From positions 17,470-41,469 of the forward strand of contig PAIY01000049.1 of the NCBI GenBank assembly GCA_002704825.1: a DNA stretch of 24,000 bases. Direction: 5' to 3'. The position numbers and the translations under genes were made by a program. Under the pieces are notes generated by a model. The model worked only from the letters and a program-made list of their open reading frames with translations, did not search any database and had not been told where the DNA came from. The stretch's first letter is position 1; each line of letters begins with the position of its first letter. This document shows, one piece after another, positions 7,756 through 14,162 of the stretch. This stretch comes from Phycisphaeraceae bacterium. GTDB lineage: Bacteria > Planctomycetota > Phycisphaerae > Phycisphaerales > Phycisphaeraceae.

Positions 7756-8790
7756 ATGCCTTGCATGACACAAATCGGCAAGCTGACAATCGATGCGCCC
7801 TTCTTTCAGGCCGGACTGGCGGGGTATTCTGACACCGCGATGCGGCTCGTCGCCCGCAAGCATGGGTGCCCCCTTTGCGTCACCGAAGCGCTGCTGGATC
7901 AGTTCCTGATCAACGGCGGAAAAGCCTTGGTACAAGCGGAAATCGACCCGGATGACCATCCCATCGTCGGTCAATTAATGGGCTCAAACCCCGAGGATAT
8001 TGCCAAAGGCTGCAAGATTCTGGTCAAACTCGGCTATGACATCGTGGACATCAACCTGGCCTGCCCGGTGAAAAAAATCCGCAAAAAAGCGCGTGGCGGA
8101 CACCTGCTTTCCGAGCCGGATACGGCGATCGACATCCTCAAAGCGGTGAAACAGGCCGTCGGTGATGACGTGCCGCTGACGGTGAAATTGCGTCGCGGGA
8201 CGGATGATTCGGCGGTGGCAACATCCAATTTCCACAAACTTTTCCAGGCGGTGATCGATCAGGGCTTTGCCGGCGCGGTCGTGCATGGTCGGTCGGTGAC
8301 CCAGAAATACATCGGCCCATCACGATGGAGTTTCCTTAAATCACTGGTCGACGAGTACGGCCAAACCCCCAATTTCAATATCGGCGGGTCCGGCGACATC
8401 TGGGATGCACACGACATTTTCCGCATGATCGCCCACACCGGCGTCCGGCTCGTCTCCGTTGCCCGAGGCTGCATCGGTAACCCGTGGATCTTCCAGCAGG
8501 CGCGACTGCTTATGGACAACCCCGATGCTGACCCCACCTCGCTTGCCCCGACCATCGACCAGCAACGCCAGGTCCTGCTCGAACATTTCGAACTCTCCCA
8601 ACGCATCCACGGCGAACGCATGGCCTCCCTGATGATGCGCAAATTCGGCATCAAGTTCTCCGTCCATCACCCTGCCCCAATGGATGTCAAAGATGCCTTT
8701 ATCAAGGTCAAATGTTTAGACGATTGGCATGGCGTATTGGAGGCGCATTATGGTTTATCACAATCGCAGGATTGCGTTGCAGCATTGTGA
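7756..8790 (+). CDS. tRNA-dihydrouridine synthase (Dus family, FMN TIM-barrel)
   Basis: Motifs seen: AGLAGYSDTAMRLV, IVGQLMGSNPE, DIVDINLACPVKK (catalytic Cys region), LTVKLRRG, VHGRS and ARGCIGNPWIF. Confidence 0.9.
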   Translation: MPCMTQIGKLTIDAPFFQAGLAGYSDTAMRLVARKHGCPLCVTEALLDQFLINGGKALVQAEIDPDDHPIVGQLMGSNPEDIAKGCKILVKLGYDIVDINLACPVKKIRKKARGGHLLSEPDTAIDILKAVKQAVGDDVPLTVKLRRGTDDSAVATSNFHKLFQAVIDQGFAGAVVHGRSVTQKYIGPSRWSFLKSLVDEYGQTPNFNIGGSGDIWDAHDIFRMIAHTGVRLVSVARGCIGNPWIFQQARLLMDNPDADPTSLAPTIDQQRQVLLEHFELSQRIHGERMASLMMRKFGIKFSVHHPAPMDVKDAFIKVKCLDDWHGVLEAHYGLSQSQDCVAAL

Positions 8791-8954
8791 ATCACAGGTT
8801 GATTGCAAGCGTTAAAACACTGCGATGCAGTGTCAGCGACACGTGGTATCGCAGCTATTGACTCATGCAGTTTGGATTGTGTTCGCAATCAAAATAGCTG
8901 CATCACCACGTGATGCTGATCATGCAACACATGATGACAGACCATCGATATAAC

Positions 8955-8995
8955 AAAACACCGCCTGCGGATTGCAGACGGTGTTTTGTTTTATT
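8955..8995. terminator. Bidirectional terminator between the convergent dus and DUF11-protein genes
   Basis: The stem pairs AAAACACCG (8955-8963) with CGGTGTTTT (8979-8987), with inner CTGC/GCAG pairing. T-rich tracts follow on both strands. Confidence 0.8.
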
Positions 8996-9014
8996 GCGAT
9001 ATTGTGATGTCGAA

Positions 9015-10703
9015 CTAGTTGTAGAAGTTGGTCGCTTCGGTTTCGACGACGTGGCGGGAAATCTGGTCGCTGGTCATCTTAACCATGAAACGAACGTCGC
9101 CGGATTGGACGGCACGGACGACCACCTTCCACGAGGCACGGGCCTTGGGTTTGAGACTTGGCAGTGCGTCGAAGACGACCTTGTTCTCCAATGGCGTGGC
9201 CATGGTGGCACCGGCGGAGGAGACGTATTGCATGGAGTTTTCGAGCGTACATTCGATGCGAATGTTCGTGCCTTCCGCTGAGCCCTGATTGGTGACGGTG
9301 ACCATATACGTCACGTTTTCACCGACTTCGATCGGGTCTTCGATGTCGACAACTTCAAGCAGGATGGCAGGGATGCCTTCGATGCGTGTGGTCGCTGAAG
9401 CATTGACACTGGGGGCACAGTCTGCCACGGCGGTGGCGGTGTTGGTCAACTCGCCAATCTGGTTGGGGACGATTTCCAGTGAGAGTTGACGTGATTCGCC
9501 GCCGGGGATTTCGGGGATCACCCAGAGGACTTCGTTGGTTTGTTGATTGAGTTGGCCACCACTGCTGGCGCCGGAGACTTTCACGCTGCTGGGCACACGA
9601 TCCACCACGCGGACATTCTTGGCCGGGACGGTGGACTTGTTGGTGACGGTGATATCGTATTTGAGTTTGCGGCCGACGAGTTGTTTTTCCTTGGCCTTCT
9701 TGGTGATGGCCAGGATCGGTTGCTGCACGGTGAACTTGCTGCTGGCATCGGAGGTCTGACCGTCAGTGCTCCTTGCCGTGGAAGTCACAGTAAAGTCCGA
9801 CGGAGATGCGGCTTTGAGTTGCACGGGGACCTGGGCACATTTGCCAGCGGGGATATCACCAACATTGGCAGCGACGGCGGTCTGCCCATCCATGGTGGTG
9901 ACACCCTGGGGCAGTTGTGCAAAGACGCGGACACCACGTGCCGTACCGGTGCCTTCGTTACACACTGTCAACTGCAACGGCAACGGATCACAGATCAGAT
10001 TCACCGGCGGGATCGTCGAGCTGAGTTTAAGCTTGGGTTCTGCAACTCGGATCGCCCAGCAGCCGGTAACATCGTGGGTCACGGTGACACAAGAAACGAT
10101 CTGCTGAGCCTTGGGATCGGCGACCTGGCCGTTGATCTGAATCTCACGGGTACTGCCTGGCGCGACATCACCTAACGCCCATTGCTTACCGTCCTTGGCA
10201 TTGGATGCCTGGGGGATGGAGCTGATGAGTTTGAAGGTGGCCGGCTGGGTTTCCTTGACGATGACATTGCGCATCGCTTCCTGCGTGGGATTGATCACAC
10301 GGATGACATAGCTGAAAGGCTGATTGGGTCGGACTTCCACGGGGGCATGCTTTTCGATGATGAGCGTGCCGGAGGAACCCTGGGGATACACGCGTTTACC
10401 GACCGCCAGGGTTTGGCGTGGTGCCGCCTGGTTGACGGGCTGCATCCCGTTGTAGGGTTGCTGACCCGCCTGGGCCTGATATTGCGCTTGTTGCTGCACC
10501 TGACCGGGAGTCTGGGTCTGGTACTGCTGCTGCCCCGCCTGATTGGGGGAATAGGTATTGGGGTAGCTTTGCTGGTTCTGTTGGTAGGTCTGCGGCTGTT
10601 GCTGTTGCTGCAAGTCTTGCTGCGCCGAAGCTGGCGTCCCGATTGCGGTGACACACAACAAGGCCAAAACGGTGAGCGATAGGACCAATCGCTTGATCAT
10701 CAT
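9015..10703 (-). CDS. Secreted Gln-rich protein with about four DUF11 ('conserved repeat domain', OmcB-like) repeats
   Basis: The signal peptide is MMIKRLVLSLTVLALLCVTAIGTPASA/QQ. It is followed by an approximately 65-aa Q/P/Y-rich tract. Four repeats then carry the DUF11 signature: YVIRVINPTQEAMRNVIV, LQLTVCNEGTGTARGVRV, YDITVTNKSTVPAKNVRVVD and YMVTVTNQGSAEGTNIRI. The start at 10703 has GGAGA 5 nt upstream; ATG at 10715 is the alternative. Confidence 0.85.
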   Translation of the reverse strand: MMIKRLVLSLTVLALLCVTAIGTPASAQQDLQQQQQPQTYQQNQQSYPNTYSPNQAGQQQYQTQTPGQVQQQAQYQAQAGQQPYNGMQPVNQAAPRQTLAVGKRVYPQGSSGTLIIEKHAPVEVRPNQPFSYVIRVINPTQEAMRNVIVKETQPATFKLISSIPQASNAKDGKQWALGDVAPGSTREIQINGQVADPKAQQIVSCVTVTHDVTGCWAIRVAEPKLKLSSTIPPVNLICDPLPLQLTVCNEGTGTARGVRVFAQLPQGVTTMDGQTAVAANVGDIPAGKCAQVPVQLKAASPSDFTVTSTARSTDGQTSDASSKFTVQQPILAITKKAKEKQLVGRKLKYDITVTNKSTVPAKNVRVVDRVPSSVKVSGASSGGQLNQQTNEVLWVIPEIPGGESRQLSLEIVPNQIGELTNTATAVADCAPSVNASATTRIEGIPAILLEVVDIEDPIEVGENVTYMVTVTNQGSAEGTNIRIECTLENSMQYVSSAGATMATPLENKVVFDALPSLKPKARASWKVVVRAVQSGDVRFMVKMTSDQISRHVVETEATNFYN

Positions 10704-10993
10704 CTGGTTCTCCATTCCCAGGTCTCTGTCAATATTGGAGATGTCTCTCCATGAGGTAGGCGGTCTACGGGGTTGTTATCGGTCATTTTACCCAAGTTTC
10801 GCCAAAACGGCCTGTGGGGCGTCATCAGGTGGACACCCCAGCAGCAAAACCTGCGATATCTTGGCCTTGTAGCCTGTTTTTTTCCAGATTGGCTATTTGC
10901 TCGTTGTAGATGTTGTTACAATCCGTATCATCGGGGTATCCAATGGGATAAACCGTGTTCATGAATGACGAAAAGTGTAACGGGAGAGTTGCG

Positions 10994-11614
10994 ATGCAAA
11001 AGATGCTGGTGCTTGGATTGATCATGGCTATGAGCCTTTGTGTGGGTTGCAGCAAAAACAAATCGGCACGTCAGGTCCAACCGGTCCCCATGCCCCCCGG
11101 CTCGTCATCAAGCGCAAACTACGGTGATTACAGCAACAATGGCGCTAACGGCAACGGTGGCACAGTCGCCCCGCAACCGATCAACACTGAACCCATGTCT
11201 GTTGAAGGTGTCCAGAACCAGACCAGCTACGTCGCCAGCCCCGAGTCGCCTTACATCGAGTTGCCTGCCGTCTCGGTCTCCAATGGCAATATGGTCGAAC
11301 CCATCGAGCAACCTATCCCGCAAGATCCGTCCACCAGTGTCGCGCCATCAACTTACACCTTCAGCGAACAACCGATGGAGTCCACCCCGACGCCAACCTA
11401 TGTTCAACCCAGCCAACCGGTTGTGTCCGATCCCGTCCCGACACCCGCTTCGCCCTCAAGTGCTATCCACGTGGTCTCCAAAGGTGAAACCCTCTGGCGC
11501 ATCGCCAAGAAGTACTACGGCAGCGGCAAGCGTTGGACCGACATCGCCCAGGCCAACAACATCTCCGACCCCAACCGCATCTACGTCGGCATGAAGCTGA
11601 CCATCCCGCGGTAA
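10994..11614 (+). CDS. LysM domain-containing probable lipoprotein
   Basis: The signal peptide is MQKMLVLGLIMAMSLCVGC/SK. A Pro/Ser-rich linker follows. The C-terminal LysM domain is HVVSKGETLWRIAKKYYGSGKRWTDIAQANNISDPNRIYVGMKLTIP. GGGAGAG lies 5 nt upstream of ATG 10994. The track start at 10955 adds 13 residues. Confidence 0.88.
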   Translation: MQKMLVLGLIMAMSLCVGCSKNKSARQVQPVPMPPGSSSSANYGDYSNNGANGNGGTVAPQPINTEPMSVEGVQNQTSYVASPESPYIELPAVSVSNGNMVEPIEQPIPQDPSTSVAPSTYTFSEQPMESTPTPTYVQPSQPVVSDPVPTPASPSSAIHVVSKGETLWRIAKKYYGSGKRWTDIAQANNISDPNRIYVGMKLTIPR

Positions 11615-11638
11615 TGGCGATCATCCAAGACAAAATCC

Positions 11639-11671
11639 CAAACGCTGTTCGGAAACGGGCAGCGTTTTTTC
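11639..11671 (+). terminator. Rho-independent terminator of the LysM gene
   Basis: The stem pairs AACGCTG (11641-11647) with CAGCGTT (11660-11666). A T6 run follows. Confidence 0.8.
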
Positions 11672-11688
11672 ATGACAACTCAGGCGAG

Positions 11689-11785
11689 CCGCGTTGTGTC
11701 AACGCGGGGTAAATGAGCCGCGCACGCAGTAAGCGGTTGCTTTGTCAATGATGCCCAAGACGTCCGCTTACTTCGTGCGCGGCTC
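11689..11785. repeat. Two adjacent GC-rich hairpins: an 8-bp stem with a TGT loop, and a 21/22-bp long stem
   Basis: Hairpin 1 is CCGCGTTG-TGT-CAACGCGG (11689-11707). Hairpin 2 pairs GAGCCGCGCACGCAGTAAGCGG (11715-11736) with CCGCTTACTTCGTGCGCGGCTC (11764-11785), with one mismatch and a 27-nt loop. No ORF is associated with either. Confidence 0.7.
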
Positions 11786-11835
11786 TTGAGAACCCTTAAT
11801 CCCCCACATTTCCCCAATCCTGCTCCCGCCACAGC

Positions 11836-11863
11836 TTGCAATCGCCGGTCTCTTTGCTACAAT
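11836..11863 (+). promoter_or_regulatory. Candidate sigma-70 promoter for rpmI-rplT
   Basis: TTGCAA (11836-11841), a 16-nt spacer, then TACAAT (11858-11863). The element ends about 45 nt upstream of the rpmI ATG, which has an AAGGAAG SD. Confidence 0.5.
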
Positions 11864-11909
11864 GCTCGGCTCGATTTAAGGGAATTTGCACACGTAAAGG
11901 AAGTGTTCC

Positions 11910-12155
11910 ATGCCCAAGCTTAAGTCTCACAAAGGTTTGACCAAGCGCATCAAGGTGACCGCCAGTGGTAAAGTCAAGTTCAAAAAGGCTTTCTCCGGCC
12001 ACCTGATGAGTCACAAGTCCGGCAAAAAGTGCCGTCACTTGCAGCTCAAGAGCCTGGCAACCAAGGCCGACCTCGGTCGTCTGTCTGCCATGCTTCACCG
12101 TCCGCTGAAGCGCGGCGATGCAACAGCTCAGCCCGTCGAAAAGTCGGAAGACTAA
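11910..12155 (+). CDS. rpmI: 50S ribosomal protein L35 (bL35), with a C-terminal extension
   Basis: [44 protein letters not shown] is canonical bL35. At 81 aa it is about 15 residues longer at the C-terminus than typical bL35. Confidence 0.93.
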   Translation: MPKLKSHKGLTKRIKVTASGKVKFKKAFSGHLMSHKSGKKCRHLQLKSLATKADLGRLSAMLHRPLKRGDATAQPVEKSED

Positions 12156-12272
12156 ATTCCAAAACCATGATTCGGGTGACAGCGTGTTGCCCTGTATCGC
12201 ACTGCAAGTCGGGCCCAAGCGTCAGCAAAGTGGCTGGCCCCCGCCGTTGCGTGAAACTATGAGGAGAAACTC

Positions 12273-12632
12273 ATGCCCCGTGCACAAAAAGGCGCCGCAC
12301 GTCGCCAAGCCAAAGTTCGCTGGTTCAAACAGGTCAAAGGTAACCGCGGCTCGCGTAAGCGTGCCTGGCGTACCGTCAAGCAGACAGTCATCCGCTCTGG
12401 TGTTTACCAGACCCGTGACCGTAAGCTCATCAAGCGTGACTACCGTCGCCTGTGGATCACCCGTATCTCCGCAGCATGCGAAATGCGTGACTTCAACTAC
12501 AGCCGCTTCATCGCGGGTCTGAAGAAGTCCAACATTACGCTTAACCGCAAGATGCTCAGCCAGATCGCCATCGCTGATCCGACAGCATTCGACAGCCTGG
12601 TCGAAACCGCCAAGGCTGCCAACGCTGCGTAA
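12273..12632 (+). CDS. rplT: 50S ribosomal protein L20 (bL20)
   Basis: MPRAQKGAARRQAKVRWFKQVKGNRGSRKRAWRTVKQ...DRKLIKRDYRRLWITRISAA...NRKMLSQIAIADPTAF is canonical bL20. A GAGGAG SD lies upstream. Confidence 0.95.
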   Translation: MPRAQKGAARRQAKVRWFKQVKGNRGSRKRAWRTVKQTVIRSGVYQTRDRKLIKRDYRRLWITRISAACEMRDFNYSRFIAGLKKSNITLNRKMLSQIAIADPTAFDSLVETAKAANAA

Positions 12633-12658
12633 AGCGACGATCAACACGATCAATTCAA

Positions 12659-12692
12659 TAACCGCTGGCGAGTTTCGTCAGCGGTTTTTTGT
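12659..12692 (+). terminator. Rho-independent terminator of rplT
   Basis: The stem pairs ACCGCTG (12661-12667) with CAGCGGT (12679-12685). A T-run follows. Confidence 0.8.
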
Positions 12693-13044
12693 TGCGCCCC
12701 CGGAAGCCCCGGAAGTTGACCCCTGAAATATTCGTCCCTGATATCTCCCCAATATGTCGACGACACCATTGCACCAAAAGCCGTGTCGCTCCCGCGGCAC
12801 GGGTTGCCTTTAAATCCAAGCCTTGAGTTCCATGTCACAAAACCCCAACGCCCCAAGGCAACCCGTGACTCAGGAGAGTCACGGCTTTGAAAACAACGCC
12901 GCGTCTTTACGACTTGCATGATCAGCATCTCGATGCTGCCATTGGTAAAAGCGGGTTAACGCCCCATCACCATTCGCCCCCCAACCATCACATCGCGTAT
13001 ACTCTCAAACTCCGCTATCCAATCAAACTCCAACGGGATCAAAC

Positions 13045-13962
13045 ATGAGCATCCAAGAACTCAACGAAAAACTCAACGGACAATTCGGCATCGATGGTGT
13101 CGTCAAGTTCACCACCGGCAAGAATAATCTCCCCTGTATCAAAGTCACCAGCCCGCTGGCCTCCGCGTGCATTTATCTCCACGGGGCACATGTCACGCAC
13201 TTCCAACCCGTTGGCGAAGAGCCCGTCCTTTTCATGAACTCCAAAAGCTGGTTCGAAGACGGCAAGCCCATCCGTGGTGGCGTCCCCGTCTGCTTCCCAT
13301 GGTTCGGCCCGCATCTGGTCGATGACACCAAACCCGCACACGGCTTTGTCCGCTTAAGCCAATGGGATGTCCAATCGGTCACGCAGGATGCAGCAGGCAA
13401 CATCGTCATCACCCTCTTCACCGAGTCCAACGATGACACCTACGACCTCTGGCCGTTCGAGTTTGAACTCCGCCACATCATCACCATTGGTAAGACGCTG
13501 ACCATGTCCCTTCAGACCACCAACACGGATGAAAAGGACATGAAGATCACCGAAGCGCTGCACACCTACTTCAGCGTCACCGACATCCACGAAGTCTATG
13601 TTGCAGGTCTTGAAGGTCGTCCCTACTTCGACAAGGTGGCGGACGTAGACACGACTGCACCCAACGGCCCGCTGCATTTCACCGGCGAGTTCGACAGCGT
13701 GTTCTGTGACACCAAGTCAACCGTCATGATCGTCGATAAACGCAAAAAGCGCGAGATCAGCATTGCCAAGGAAGGTTCAGACACCACCGTGGTCTGGAAC
13801 CCCTGGATCCGCAAGAGCAAGGAATTGCCGGACATGGCAGACAACGAATGGTCGGACATGCTCTGCGTCGAAACGGTTAATGCAGGTGATAACATCGTCA
13901 CCATCAAACCCGGTGCCCAACACACCATGTCAAGCATCATCAGTGTGACGAAACTCAAGTAA
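13045..13962 (+). CDS. D-hexose-6-phosphate mutarotase (aldose 1-epimerase family, YeaD-like)
   Basis: Motifs seen: GAHVTHFQP, IRGGVPVCFPWFGP and PAHGFVRLSQW, with a beta-sandwich-type sequence throughout. The 305-aa length is typical of glucose-6-phosphate 1-epimerases. Confidence 0.85.
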   Translation: MSIQELNEKLNGQFGIDGVVKFTTGKNNLPCIKVTSPLASACIYLHGAHVTHFQPVGEEPVLFMNSKSWFEDGKPIRGGVPVCFPWFGPHLVDDTKPAHGFVRLSQWDVQSVTQDAAGNIVITLFTESNDDTYDLWPFEFELRHIITIGKTLTMSLQTTNTDEKDMKITEALHTYFSVTDIHEVYVAGLEGRPYFDKVADVDTTAPNGPLHFTGEFDSVFCDTKSTVMIVDKRKKREISIAKEGSDTTVVWNPWIRKSKELPDMADNEWSDMLCVETVNAGDNIVTIKPGAQHTMSSIISVTKLK

Positions 13963-14004
13963 GTTTTCGATCACGCCTCAAAACGCATGACATTTGAAAT
14001 AAAG

Positions 14005-14109
14005 CCCTGGGGTTTTAACCCCAGGGAGATTGGTGTTGTATGCGTCTGTGATGTGTAAGCGCCAGCTGTGTCTTACGCGCGTCACGTCCCTGGGACTGAA
14101 GTCCCAGGG
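14005..14109. terminator. Pair of related, inversely oriented hairpins between convergent genes
   Basis: The hairpins are CCCTGGGG-TTTTAA-CCCCAGGG (14005-14026) and CCCTGGGAC-TGAA-GTCCCAGGG (14088-14109). Each reads ...CCCAGGGCTTT on one strand (minus for the first, plus for the second). The U-tracts are weak. Confidence 0.5.
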
Positions 14110-14162
14110 CTTTCATGTGCATTCGAACACCAAATGGTGATGCGTAAGGTTGCTGAAACACG

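Noticed and set aside
9540-10175. 211-aa + strand ORF, and other ORFs (8910..9281, 9028..9288, 9289..9489, 9547..9759, 9766..10107, 10182..10682, 10295..10654, 10396..10656) overlapping the DUF11 gene
   Set aside because: They lie antisense to or out of frame with the 562-aa repeat protein. They have Gly/Asp/Leu-rich shadow composition and, in the Q-tract, low-complexity mirror frames.
11040-11594. 184-aa + strand ORF in an alternative frame of the LysM gene, and the - strand ORFs 11108..11323 and 10825..11061
   Set aside because: This is a Pro/Ser/Arg-rich alternative frame of the low-complexity linker. The annotated frame has both a signal peptide and a LysM domain.
11796-12653. ORFs 11796..12218(-), 12029..12262(+), 12046..12228(-), 12118..12522(+) and 12222..12653(-) around rpmI/rplT
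   Set aside because: They overlap the unmistakable L35 and L20 reading frames and have no independent support.
12650-12928. 92-aa minus-strand ORF in the rplT-mutarotase intergenic region
   Set aside because: It starts within a hairpin-rich spacer and runs through the rplT terminator. It has no SD and no recognisable domain, and I judged its composition unconvincing.
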